A stretch of 64,000 nt of DNA from Anaerolineales bacterium (lineage in GTDB: Bacteria > Chloroflexota > Anaerolineae > Anaerolineales > RBG-16-64-43): contig JAFGKK010000012.1 of NCBI GenBank assembly GCA_016928575.1, positions 7,245 through 71,244 on the forward strand, in the 5' to 3' direction. Below are positions 18,224-27,180 of this stretch, in pieces. The notes beneath the pieces are model-generated. The model worked only from the letters and a program-made list of their open reading frames with translations, searched no databases and was not told the origin of the DNA. The position numbers were made by a program, and so were the translations under genes. Within the stretch, counting starts at the first letter, position 1; every line of letters starts with the position of its first letter.

Positions 18224-18249
18224 GGTTTTCCTATCCCCCCTTTCGGCCG

Positions 18250-18975
18250 TCAGGCCAGGTTGGCGGCTTCCTTGGCGAACTCTTCCACCTGCGCGGATTG
18301 GGCCCGAATCTGCCGGACGATCTGCGGCGCCTCTTTCGCCGCCTGCGCGCCGCCCAAGGCTTGCAGGCGCGCGATGTCTGCGAGCAGGGCGTCCATCGTG
18401 GTGATCATGCTCGCCAGCTGGGCCTCCACGCGGTTGAGCAGGGTTTCCACCTTCTTCAGCTTCTTGATCCGATCCTCGACGGCCTGCAGGGCCTCCTGCT
18501 TCTCCCGCTTCACCAGCGGATCGCTCTCGGTTTCCAGGCCGAGTTTGAGCAGGGCCCGCTCGCCCTCCAGGTCGGTGTTCATCTTCGAGACCTTGAGGAA
18601 ATTTTCGGGGCCGGTCATTTGCCGGCAGAGGTTATACACCCGTTTGGTCAGCAGCTCGATTTCCGCCTGAACCGGATCGAGTGCCGTTTTCGTCCGTCCG
18701 CTGGCGCTCATCAGCGAATTGAAGATCCGCATCTGCGAGCGTACGACCTTGGAATACTGCTCCTGGAACCGCGCCGACAGCGTTCCCGACCGGGCTCGCA
18801 TGTCGTAGTCCATGCGGATCCGGCGATCGGTGGCGACCCGCGCGACCATGACCAGCCACAGGATCAGCCCCACCGGAAACAGCCACCACGCCGCGGTCAA
18901 ACCGGCCAGCACGGCCAGGCCCAGCATCGCCGGATTCAAGCTATGGAACAAGGCGGTCATCCAAGGGGATCGCAT
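18250..18975 (-). CDS. Membrane protein with long C-terminal coiled coil (XpaC/TelA-like architecture)
   Basis: Two N-terminal TM segments followed by about 190 aa of heptad-rich helix. Weak family assignment. Confidence 0.55.
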   Translation of the reverse strand: MRSPWMTALFHSLNPAMLGLAVLAGLTAAWWLFPVGLILWLVMVARVATDRRIRMDYDMRARSGTLSARFQEQYSKVVRSQMRIFNSLMSASGRTKTALDPVQAEIELLTKRVYNLCRQMTGPENFLKVSKMNTDLEGERALLKLGLETESDPLVKREKQEALQAVEDRIKKLKKVETLLNRVEAQLASMITTMDALLADIARLQALGGAQAAKEAPQIVRQIRAQSAQVEEFAKEAANLA

Positions 18976-18993
18976 CGCTTCGTCCTTCCCGGC

Positions 18994-20730
18994 TTAGAAG
19001 TAACTGCTGATGATTTCCAGCAGTTTGGCGATGTCGTCGGGATCGCCGGACTGCACCTTGGTGGCCGAGGCGCGCGCGATGCTGTTCAAGGCGCCGATGT
19101 CGGCGTCGGAGCCGTAGGCGACCGGGATGATCAGGATCGGGTTGCGTCCGGTCCGCCCCTCGGCGATCTTCTCCAGGACCTGGTTCAAGGTGGCCGCGCT
19201 CGCCGTGTCCTGGCCGTCGCTCAGCAGGACGATGGCGCGGATCCGGTCTTCCCCTTCTGCCGGGGCCGTGGCCATCAATTCGTCGATGGTCAGGATCAGC
19301 GTGTCGTACAGCGCCGTGCCGCCGACCGCCTCCAGGGCGTAGATCTGCGTGGCGATCCGGTTGCTGACCTCCTCCACCAGCCCGGGGGGCACCAATTCCA
19401 GCACCGTATCGTTGAAGATCGTCAATCCGACCCGGTTCTGCTTGGGCATCTTGTCCAGGAACAGCACCGCCGCCTGCTTCACCTGCTCGATCTTATCGCC
19501 TTCCATCGAGCCGGAGCGGTCGATCACCAGCAGGATGTCGCCCTGCTTCTTCACGTACTGCCAGCTGGCTTGGACGGCGGCGATCACGTCCGGGTCGGGC
19601 ACGTTCAGGACGGTCGCCGGCTGGTTCGGATCCACCCCCAGTTCCGCGACGATCGGGTATCCGATCGCAACGCTGGCGTTAACCGGCCGGAATCCGTTCT
19701 CCAGCACCTTGCGCTGGACCGTTTCGCCGAGGATGTAGTCGGTGAACAGTTTCGCGGCCGTCCGCTGTTCCTCGGTCACCCAATCCGCGTTGGGGACGGC
19801 GAACGGATGCTCGTGCCAGAAGGTCCCTTCCTTCGGATACAAGGCCACCAGCTTCTCCGGCGGCTTGTATTGGGTCTTGCCCTGGTTGATGAAGATCAGA
19901 TCGTTCTCCTCCAGCGCCACGAAATCCAGGTATTCCGGGCCCTGGGCGATGTATTCCTTGAACTCGGTCGTGCGCGAGGAGTAGTGCTTGATCAGGCTCT
20001 CGATCCGGCGCACGCCCGCCTGCACCTCCTCGTCCTGCACCAGGTCCATGGTCAAGCGGCGGATATCGCCGGCGCCGGCATTGTACATGGCGCTGGCGTA
20101 GAATTCCGCGATCAGAGTCGAGATCGCCGTCGAACTGATGTAGGGATCGGTGTGTCCGTAGTAGACCGTCGTGCGGTTCCCGCCGATGCCGTAATCCGCC
20201 CAGCCGTTGGGGGAGTTCATCACTTCCAGGAGCTCCTCCCATCCCACCGGCCGGCCGCCGTTTTTGTTTTGGATCGCCCGCAGGCGCGATTCCCAAATCG
20301 CCATCACCACCGGGGCGAGCGCGGTCGGCGGGCAGTCGGAGAGGGTGAAGATCTCCCGGCCCGTCTGGTAGTTCACCAGCGCCAGCCAATGGCTGACCGA
20401 CGGGCTGAAGATCGTCGGCCGGGCGACGTTTTCGTTGTTGGGCGCCAGGATGGCGTTGATGATCCCCTGCGCCACCGTGCCCGAGGATCCGGAGCCTCCG
20501 GTCACCCAGACCGGCTTCTCGCCGGCCGCGTAGGGTTGGTTGGTGACGGGATTCTTGCCGGCGGCCGAGGTTTGGTTGAAGGCTTCGACGGCTTCCTTCA
20601 AGTACAGTTCGCTCTCGGGCGCGTAGGTGATGCTGATCTCCACGGCGTCCTTGGGTTTGGCTTCGCCGATGATGCTGCAGGCCGCCGCGAACACGCTCAC
20701 TCCGAGGATGACTGCGATCAGGCGCTTCAT
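18994..20730 (-). CDS. Lipoprotein: periplasmic-binding-protein-like domain fused to a vWA domain
   Basis: Lipobox VFAAAC. C-terminal vWA with MIDAS DRSGSM...GGT...SDG. The N-terminal roughly 400 aa are SBP-like. Confidence 0.8.
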   Translation of the reverse strand: MKRLIAVILGVSVFAAACSIIGEAKPKDAVEISITYAPESELYLKEAVEAFNQTSAAGKNPVTNQPYAAGEKPVWVTGGSGSSGTVAQGIINAILAPNNENVARPTIFSPSVSHWLALVNYQTGREIFTLSDCPPTALAPVVMAIWESRLRAIQNKNGGRPVGWEELLEVMNSPNGWADYGIGGNRTTVYYGHTDPYISSTAISTLIAEFYASAMYNAGAGDIRRLTMDLVQDEEVQAGVRRIESLIKHYSSRTTEFKEYIAQGPEYLDFVALEENDLIFINQGKTQYKPPEKLVALYPKEGTFWHEHPFAVPNADWVTEEQRTAAKLFTDYILGETVQRKVLENGFRPVNASVAIGYPIVAELGVDPNQPATVLNVPDPDVIAAVQASWQYVKKQGDILLVIDRSGSMEGDKIEQVKQAAVLFLDKMPKQNRVGLTIFNDTVLELVPPGLVEEVSNRIATQIYALEAVGGTALYDTLILTIDELMATAPAEGEDRIRAIVLLSDGQDTASAATLNQVLEKIAEGRTGRNPILIIPVAYGSDADIGALNSIARASATKVQSGDPDDIAKLLEIISSYF

Positions 20731-21770
20731 GCATTCCCTCCTTGACGACTCCAGCAGAACTGCAGGGCATAGACGGCGTGCTCATCCGCCGGGCGGACGG
20801 GGTTGGGGAAATCCGCCCCGGGGCCGCTCAGGCCGTGCGCCGCCAATCCGCCCTGCACGCCGCCGCTTAATAAATGAGCGCGGAATTTCTCCGCCGCTTG
20901 GCGCTGCAACTCCGCCTCCCAATCCTCGATCTCCAGCCAGGAAGAGCGGATATAAAAGGTGAAATTAAGAACCGCCGCGGATTGCGGGGCCTGCAGGAGG
21001 AACGCCGACCCGTCCAGGCGGCGGCCGTCGCTGAGGGGCAGAAAGGCCGCATCCGCCTGCGGGGGGCGGCTGGTCAGCTGGTCGAACGGATTGCGCTTCA
21101 GATCCGGGACCGACTCCAACAACTCCGACTTCCATCTTTGGAAGGATGCGTCGTTGATCTGATCCGCCGTCAGCACGGATTGCTGGAAATATTCCGCGGC
21201 CGCCGAAAGGCATCCGCCCATCCCCTCCACGCTTCCTTCCGGCGGAACCGCCAGACGGAACTGCGGATCGGAAGCGGCCAGCCGGGAAATGGATCCCCAA
21301 TCCAATTGGGAAAGCGCATCGGCCCGCGATCCGGACCAAACCGTCCAGACGAAGGAATCCTGCGCGACGACCCACCCCTCGGTTTCGAACGGGATTCCGC
21401 CCGCCGCCGTCCGGGTCCAGTCCGATTCGGCGATCCACACGTCCGGAATCCCGGTCATTACGTTCAGCCGCCGGCCGGCATCCACGCCCCGGACCACGGT
21501 CAGCTCGACGGTGATCAGCGGATTCTGGCTGGAGAAATCGGCCGTGGAATCCTTGACCCAATTCTCCAAAGCAGACGGGACAGCGACGAGCAGGGTCACC
21601 GGTTTTCCGGCTTGGGGATTCAGGTAAAAATTGGGAAACAGGGAATCCCGCAGGGGGGCATACGACAGACTGCGGACCTGCGGCGAGAACAACGCGGCGC
21701 TTCCCACGCAGAAGGAAAGGAAAATGAAGGCAACAAACAAAAACCGGTTTAGGCGCGGCGTGCTGTTCAT
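20727..21770 (-). CDS. Substrate-binding-protein-like exported protein
   Basis: N-terminal TM/signal and a type-2 PBP-like pattern. 4-nt overlap with the downstream vWA gene. Confidence 0.6.
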   Translation of the reverse strand: MNSTPRLNRFLFVAFIFLSFCVGSAALFSPQVRSLSYAPLRDSLFPNFYLNPQAGKPVTLLVAVPSALENWVKDSTADFSSQNPLITVELTVVRGVDAGRRLNVMTGIPDVWIAESDWTRTAAGGIPFETEGWVVAQDSFVWTVWSGSRADALSQLDWGSISRLAASDPQFRLAVPPEGSVEGMGGCLSAAAEYFQQSVLTADQINDASFQRWKSELLESVPDLKRNPFDQLTSRPPQADAAFLPLSDGRRLDGSAFLLQAPQSAAVLNFTFYIRSSWLEIEDWEAELQRQAAEKFRAHLLSGGVQGGLAAHGLSGPGADFPNPVRPADEHAVYALQFCWSRQGGNA

Positions 21771-21778
21771 ATTGGCTT

Positions 21779-21784
21779 ATTATA
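21779..21784 (-). promoter_or_regulatory. -10 box TATAAT 8 nt upstream of the ATG at 21770 (leaderless-type)
   Basis: Minus-strand reading is gtcTATAATaagccaatATG. Confidence 0.4.
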
Positions 21785-21953
21785 GACGAAAACATCCATC
21801 CCCATGACCGGCGTTTGCTCATTCCATGACCGCCGGACGGCGAGCCCGAAAGGCAAGGCTCATGGGTATATACGCAAAGCAGGACGACAAGGTATGGAGA
21901 AATGCCTCTGCGGCCCCTCTTCGCCCGGCGCTACCACGGGATGGAATGAAGCC

Positions 21954-21987
21954 ATCTCCCCCGCCGGGGATGGGAGGTTTCGGCTGG
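21954..21987. repeat. 34-nt direct repeat, copy 1 (atctcccccgccggggatgggaggtttcggctgg)
   Basis: 32/34 identical to 22120-22153. Confidence 0.6.
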
Positions 21988-22119
21988 CGAAGGAGGAAGA
22001 CATCCGGGACAGGATTGCTGGATTTTTCAGGATGGCCAGGATTACCGGAAGAGGACGCATCCGCGCCGCCCGTGGGGGATTCCATGTTGTCATTGCGAGA
22101 CGCCGAAGGCGGCGAAGCA

Positions 22120-22153
22120 ATCTCCCGCGCCGGGGATGGGCGGTTTCGGCTGG
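22120..22153. repeat. 34-nt direct repeat, copy 2, preceded by a cattgcgag...gcaatc REP module
   Basis: atctcccgcgccggggatgggcggtttcggctgg. The adjacent sequence is gtcattgcgagacgccgaaggcggcgaagcaatc. Confidence 0.6.
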
Positions 22154-22175
22154 GAGCAATCCCGATCGGCTCCTC

Positions 22176-22916
22176 TTATTGGTTCATTAGATGCGCGGAG
22201 AATCCGGCGCCAAACCCGTTGTCGATATTCACCACGGTCACGCCCGGCGCGCAGGAGTTGAGCATCGTCAGCAGCGCGGCCAATCCGCCGAAGGAAGCCC
22301 CGTATCCGACGCTGGTGGGGACCGCGATCACCGGCCGGCTGACCAGCCCGCCGACGACGCTGGGCAGCGCGCCGTCCATTCCGGCCACGACGATCAGCAC
22401 ATTGGCCGAAAACAGCGTTTCGCGGCGGTCCAGCAAACGGTGGATTCCCGCCACGCCGACGTCGAACAGCCGCTCGACTTTGCTGCCGAGCGTTTCGGCG
22501 GTCACCGCCGCCTCGTCCGCGACGGGGATGTCGGCCGTTCCGGCGCTGAGCACGAGGACCGTCCCCTTCCCGGAGGGTGCGGTCTCCCCGAGGGTGACGA
22601 TTCGCGCCGACGCATGATGGACGGCCTGCGGAAATTTTCTGCGGATGGCTTCGGCCGCCTCGGCGGAAGCGCGCGCCGCCATCACCCGGCCTTCGCCTTG
22701 GGCCACGCGCTCGAAGATGGCGGCGATCTGGTCGACGGTTTTTCCCGGGCAGAAGATCACCTCGGGATATCCCTTGCGCAGCGCGCGGTGGGTGTCGATC
22801 CGCGCGAATCCGAGATCCTCGTACGGCAGGTCTTTGATGCCGGCGAAGGCATCCTCCACGCTCAATCTTCCGCTGCGGACCTGCTCCAGCAGTTCGCGCA
22901 CCCGGTTGCTATCCAT
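22176..22916 (-). CDS. larB: Nickel-pincer cofactor biosynthesis protein LarB (P2CMN synthase, AIR-carboxylase-like)
   Basis: N-terminal RIDTHRALRKGYPEVIF, and C-terminal PurE-like VIAVPTSVGYG...VNIDNG. Confidence 0.9.
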   Translation of the reverse strand: MDSNRVRELLEQVRSGRLSVEDAFAGIKDLPYEDLGFARIDTHRALRKGYPEVIFCPGKTVDQIAAIFERVAQGEGRVMAARASAEAAEAIRRKFPQAVHHASARIVTLGETAPSGKGTVLVLSAGTADIPVADEAAVTAETLGSKVERLFDVGVAGIHRLLDRRETLFSANVLIVVAGMDGALPSVVGGLVSRPVIAVPTSVGYGASFGGLAALLTMLNSCAPGVTVVNIDNGFGAGFSAHLMNQ

Positions 22917-23793
22917 GGCGTCCCTCTCCGGCCGAAGGGCCGAGCGTCTCGTTTAGACTTCCCCGCCGATACCCCTGCAGGTCGGCGGCGACGTAAGCGT
23001 ATCCGGCGCGCCGCAGGGCCGCCGCCGCTTGGGCGGCGGTTTCCGGCGACGCAAGGAGGGCGATTTCCTCCGGCGCCACTTCCACGCGGGCCATCGCCCC
23101 GTAATCCCGCACGCGCACATCGTGGAACCCCATCGCCTTGAGCGCCGCCTCGGCTTCCCGCACGCGCCGCAATCCTTCGGACGTGATCCGCGCCCCGTAG
23201 GGGAACCGGGTCGCCAGGCAGGATTCGGCCGGCTTATCCCACGCCGCGAGTCCCGCGCGGCGGGCCAATCCGCGGATCTCGGCCTTGGCCAGATCCGCCT
23301 CGCACAACGGACTGCGCGTTCCCGCCTCGCGCGCCGCCCGTTCGCCGGGGCGGTAGTCGCCCAGGTCGTCGCGGTTGGAACCCTCGACGACCCAATCGAT
23401 CCCTTCCCGGCGGGCCAATTCCGCGAACGACTCCAGCACGCCGCGTTTGCAGTAATAGCACCGGTCCTGCGGATTATGGGTGAAAACCTCGTCCTCGAGT
23501 TGCCGCACGTCCCGGAACAGATGCCGGATTCCAAGCTCGCGGGGAAGCGCCCGCAGGGATTCCTCATCTTGCTCGACGTAAATCGGCGACCGGGCCGTCG
23601 CGGCGGTCACCTTCCCCGCTCCGAGCGCCCGCACCGCGGCCCACAGCAGATAACTGCTGTCCACGCCGCCGGAATAGGCGACCAGCACCGATCCCATGTC
23701 CTTCAGGATCGAGAACAAAGCGTTTTGCTTCGCGGCAAGTTGGGATTCATCCTGCACGGCGTGCCGCCTTTCGGAATCCGGCACTCCCCTCAT
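22909..23793 (-). CDS. larE: ATP-dependent sacrificial sulfur transferase LarE
   Basis: PP-loop VAYSGGVDSS and conserved Cys region (ESCLATRFPYG). ATG at 23793; an alternative GTG at 23757 fits the LarE N-terminal length better. Confidence 0.9.
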   Translation of the reverse strand: MRGVPDSERRHAVQDESQLAAKQNALFSILKDMGSVLVAYSGGVDSSYLLWAAVRALGAGKVTAATARSPIYVEQDEESLRALPRELGIRHLFRDVRQLEDEVFTHNPQDRCYYCKRGVLESFAELARREGIDWVVEGSNRDDLGDYRPGERAAREAGTRSPLCEADLAKAEIRGLARRAGLAAWDKPAESCLATRFPYGARITSEGLRRVREAEAALKAMGFHDVRVRDYGAMARVEVAPEEIALLASPETAAQAAAALRRAGYAYVAADLQGYRRGSLNETLGPSAGEGRHG

Positions 23794-24511
23794 CCGGCCT
23801 GCCGCCGCCCGCTCCGGGGCGGGTTCGGCCGCCCTCCCCCGGGATTGGGGGGACAAGGACGGCCGGCGAGGGAGTCACCGCATCGAGAATGATCGACGTA
23901 TAGGCCAGCTTCCCCCCGCGGTTGCGCTTGTCGAACCGCTTCGAACGGTGGATCATTCCGTCGGCCGGAGACCATTCGTCGCAATGGAAACGGCCGGCCT
24001 CGTCGAAGAATTCATACAGCCGCACCCGGAATCCCGCCCGTTCGAAGAGGGCCTTCGCACTGTGGTGCGTGTAGAGGACCTTATGGTCCGTTGCCCCCGC
24101 CCCGCTTCCGCCCGGCTCCACCCAGCGGATATAGTCCGGATCCGGATGACAGCCATCGGGGACGGCGATCCGCAGGTATCCGCCGGGCTTGAGGTAGCGG
24201 CGGCACAACTCCGCGCCGCGCAGAGCCTCCTCTGCGGTAAGGTGCTCCCAAACGTGCTCGGCTAGCATGGCGTCGATCGACCCGGGTTCGAAGAACCGCG
24301 CCCAATCCTCCTCGCGCAGAATGTTCAACGCCTCGATTTCGGTCGGGATCCAGCCCGGATCGAACGTCGCCGAGGCGCCGATTACGATCCGCAGCGGGGA
24401 ACGGCCCAGGGCGCCGCGGATCCGCCGCGCGTTCCGCCACCCGCGCAACGCTTTTCCCGCTTTGCGCAACCCCTGGCCGACGATCGGAATTCCCGCGATG
24501 CGCGCCAACAT
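23747..24511 (-). CDS. SAM-dependent methyltransferase-like protein (COG4627-like)
   Basis: The pattern HVWEHL...LKPGGYLRIAVPD is typical of this methyltransferase-fold group. The C-terminal tail overlaps larE. Confidence 0.65.
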   Translation of the reverse strand: MLARIAGIPIVGQGLRKAGKALRGWRNARRIRGALGRSPLRIVIGASATFDPGWIPTEIEALNILREEDWARFFEPGSIDAMLAEHVWEHLTAEEALRGAELCRRYLKPGGYLRIAVPDGCHPDPDYIRWVEPGGSGAGATDHKVLYTHHSAKALFERAGFRVRLYEFFDEAGRFHCDEWSPADGMIHRSKRFDKRNRGGKLAYTSIILDAVTPSPAVLVPPIPGEGGRTRPGAGGGRPDEGSAGFRKAARRAG

Positions 24512-24515
24512 CGGA

Positions 24516-25196
24516 TCAGCCTTTGCCGCCGCCCGCGGACTTCCGACCGGCGATCAGGATCCAGGAAATGTGATGGTGGTCCGCCCCCTCCGCCCGGCTC
24601 TCGAGGTATTCCTGTTCGAAAAACTTCTGGAACTCCAAAAAGGGGAAGGCGGTTTCCAGCTCGGCCCGGTCGCTGATGTGGACGTACGTCCGATCGATCC
24701 GGGAATTGGGATCTCCGGGGACCGCCGCTCCATTCCCGGCATGCTCGGGATCGCGGCTAGAAAGGGGGCCGAGGATCAACAATCCGTCCGGCATAAGAAG
24801 CGAATCCACCGCCTGCGGGAATTGCTCTCGCTCCTCCGGCGGCAGAATTTGATAAAGGTTCGAGGCGTAGACCAGGTCGTACGGGGAGTCGGCGAGATCC
24901 TGAAAGCGGGCCGTGCGGAACTCCACCGCCGGCCGCCCATGCTCCGGACCCTCGGCACGGGCCATCGCCACCGCGGCCGGGGAGGGATCGACGGCCGTCA
25001 CGCACAAACCCCACCGGGAGGCGAGGAAAAAGGAATCCCACCCGTATCCGCAGCCGATCTCCAGCAGACGCTTGCCCGCAGTCGCAAACTCCGCCTCGGA
25101 AAAGTATTCTCCGGCGGCGAGCGCCGTTTCGCTCGGACCCCGGCCCCAGATCCTGCGGTCGCCGCGGTATGCGCCGTCCCAATCGGAAAGGTTCAT
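24516..25196 (-). CDS. Class I SAM-dependent methyltransferase
   Basis: Motif I LLEIGCGYG, post-I VTAVD, and LMPDGLLIL. Start could also be at 25217. Confidence 0.8.
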   Translation of the reverse strand: MNLSDWDGAYRGDRRIWGRGPSETALAAGEYFSEAEFATAGKRLLEIGCGYGWDSFFLASRWGLCVTAVDPSPAAVAMARAEGPEHGRPAVEFRTARFQDLADSPYDLVYASNLYQILPPEEREQFPQAVDSLLMPDGLLILGPLSSRDPEHAGNGAAVPGDPNSRIDRTYVHISDRAELETAFPFLEFQKFFEQEYLESRAEGADHHHISWILIAGRKSAGGGKG

Positions 25197-25198
25197 CG

Positions 25199-25945
25199 TC
25201 AGGCCTGCCCCCTCCAATGCACCAGCAGGGCCGCGGCCTCGCCGATGGTTTTCACCTGGGCGTCGGGGACGACCTTTCTCCGCAAGGGCTTGTTGGTGGA
25301 CGAATCCTTTTCCGTGGTCAGCCAGATCGTCCGCATGCCCAGCCCCAGGCCCCCGCGGACATCTTTGCCCAATTGGTCCCCGACCATCACGAGTTCACTG
25401 GCCGGGATTTTCCAAGCCGCCAGGATCGGCCAGAACGCCCGGGGATCCGGCTTGCGGATTCCGATCGCGGCGGAGATGACCACCGGATCGAAGAAGGACT
25501 TCAATCCGTGACCCTCCAGCATCGTGCGGACGTTTTCTTCGTCGGAGGCGTTGGAGAGCATCGCCAGGCGCAAGCCGGAGGCGCGGATCCGCTCCAGCGC
25601 GGGAAGGGTGTCGGGGAACAGCTTCCAGTGCGACTCGTACACTTCGTACATCGCCCGCAGGGCCCGCCGGATCCGGTCGGCCGGCTGGGCGGGATGCCCC
25701 TCCGCCTCGAGAACCGCCGCCAGCACCGCGAAGGCCGTGGGTTCCCGGTGGTCGGCGTTGCGCTTGCGGTCGTATTCGTCGAACTTCCGCGCGAACCGGT
25801 TGAGGAAGGACGCTTCGCGCAACGGCAGACCTTCGCGGCGCAGGCGCTCCAGCATCGCCCGGTGCGCGCGGCCGCGCACTTCGGCGACATCTCCGTCGAA
25901 CGTGATCAGTGTCGATCCGTAATCCAAAATTGCCCCGTGAATCAT
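25199..25945 (-). CDS. HAD-superfamily hydrolase (subfamily IA; motif I is D-Y-G-S-T, without the second Asp)
   Basis: ILDYGSTL, SNAS, RKPD, MVGDQLGKD motifs. 248 aa from the ATG at 25945. Confidence 0.85.
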   Translation of the reverse strand: MIHGAILDYGSTLITFDGDVAEVRGRAHRAMLERLRREGLPLREASFLNRFARKFDEYDRKRNADHREPTAFAVLAAVLEAEGHPAQPADRIRRALRAMYEVYESHWKLFPDTLPALERIRASGLRLAMLSNASDEENVRTMLEGHGLKSFFDPVVISAAIGIRKPDPRAFWPILAAWKIPASELVMVGDQLGKDVRGGLGLGMRTIWLTTEKDSSTNKPLRRKVVPDAQVKTIGEAAALLVHWRGQA

Positions 25946-25953
25946 TCGGGGTT

Positions 25954-26970
25954 CTAATACCCTCTCTGCGGATCCAGCCGGTTGACGAGCGGCTGGCGGG
26001 AAAGATAGCGGCGCAGGTTTTCGGCGAACACCAGCGACGCCCGGGCATCGTAGAGCGGGGAATGGCCTGCGATGTGCGGCGTCAGGAACAGGCGCGGCGA
26101 CTCCCACAGCGGATCCTCGGCCGGGAGCGGCTCGCGGGCGAACACGTCCAGCGCCGCCCCGCGGAGTTTGCCCTCGGCCAAGGCGGAGCGCAGGGCCGCC
26201 TCGTCGATGATTCCGCCCCGCGAGATTCCCACCAGGCAGGCCCCTTCGCGCATCGCCGCGATCATCTCCGCGCCGAACCAAGCCTGCGTGGCGGAGGTCA
26301 GCGGCGCGCAGACGATCACGAAATCGCATTCCGCCAGCATCCGCTTGGCCGCCTGCGGCGGGTAGATGCGGGCCGGGATTCTCCCCTCCGGATCCCCTAC
26401 GCCTTCCGGAGAGTAGCCGCCGTCATCGGGGGCCATCACGTCGCGCTTGACCGCAAGAACCCTGGCCCCGAAGGCGTTGCACAGGCGGGCCGTTTCGCGC
26501 CCGACGCTGCCATAGCCCACGATCCCGACCGTCGAACCTCGCAGCTCGCGCGGCGCGAACTTTTCCCACTTATCGCGCGGCCATTCGCGGGCGGCCTGGG
26601 CCCCGAGAAGATCCGGCAGGCGGTGCCCCAGCGCGAGCAGCATCATCACGATGTACTCGGCGATCTGGGGCGCGGCCGCGCCCGAAAGCGAGGTGAATTC
26701 GACTCCCCGATGAAGGATGGGGGAATCGGCGAAGCGGTCCAGGCCGGCCTGATGAAATTGGATCCATTTCAGGTTCGGGGCCTGCTCCGGCGCGGGAACG
26801 ATCCGCAGGGTGTAGAGCACCTCGGCCCGCGCCAGCAGGGAGGGCGGAACCTCTTCGAGTTTGTTCGCAGGGTGGACGTGCAACTCAAGCCGCGGAGAGA
26901 TCGCCTGCAGTTGGTCGACGATCTCGGCGGAGAACGGTTCCGTGATCAGGACAAAGACGGGTTCTTCCAT
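25954..26970 (-). CDS. D-isomer-specific 2-hydroxyacid dehydrogenase
   Basis: GIVGYGSVGR NAD-binding site, ISRGGIIDE, LDVFAREP, TPHIAG catalytic His. GAGGAA SD before the ATG at 26970. Confidence 0.9.
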   Translation of the reverse strand: MEEPVFVLITEPFSAEIVDQLQAISPRLELHVHPANKLEEVPPSLLARAEVLYTLRIVPAPEQAPNLKWIQFHQAGLDRFADSPILHRGVEFTSLSGAAAPQIAEYIVMMLLALGHRLPDLLGAQAAREWPRDKWEKFAPRELRGSTVGIVGYGSVGRETARLCNAFGARVLAVKRDVMAPDDGGYSPEGVGDPEGRIPARIYPPQAAKRMLAECDFVIVCAPLTSATQAWFGAEMIAAMREGACLVGISRGGIIDEAALRSALAEGKLRGAALDVFAREPLPAEDPLWESPRLFLTPHIAGHSPLYDARASLVFAENLRRYLSRQPLVNRLDPQRGY

Positions 26971-27097
26971 AGGCGCCGATTCCTCACAAACCGTCTCTGG
27001 TTTTGGGGGATACGGAGTGGGCGGATGCGGCCCGGGAACCAATCGTATCAAGTTCTCCTCAGGCCTGCAATGATGCCCGTCTTTCCCTTCCCCGTCC

Positions 27098-27129
27098 TCC
27101 CCACATCATCGGGGGCGATGATGTGGGGA
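27098..27129. repeat. REP-like hairpin tccccacatcatc-gggggc-gatgatgtgggga
   Basis: 13-bp perfect stem in the lctP / 2-HADH spacer. A T9 run lies 22 nt further on the + strand. Confidence 0.5.
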
Positions 27130-27180
27130 TGACGGGGAGATGTCCATTCTTTTTTTTTGTGAGGGTCAAGTGGTGCGGGG

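Noticed and set aside
18298-20745. 815-aa + strand ORF, the second-longest ORF in the ORF track
   Set aside because: It lies entirely antisense to the SBP-vWA and coiled-coil genes. The product is Arg/Gly/His/Pro/Asp-rich and low-complexity, with no recognisable motif. This is a typical GC-driven shadow ORF.
21954-22153. Could the 34-nt direct repeats be a mini-CRISPR array?
   Set aside because: There are only two copies with 2 mismatches, a spacer of 132 nt that itself contains another REP module, and no cas genes in the window.
27152-27160. T9 run downstream of the 27098-27129 hairpin as a + strand terminator
   Set aside because: The run is 22 nt from the stem, and no + strand gene ends upstream of it. 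In the orientation relevant to lctP (minus strand) no U-tract follows the stem.
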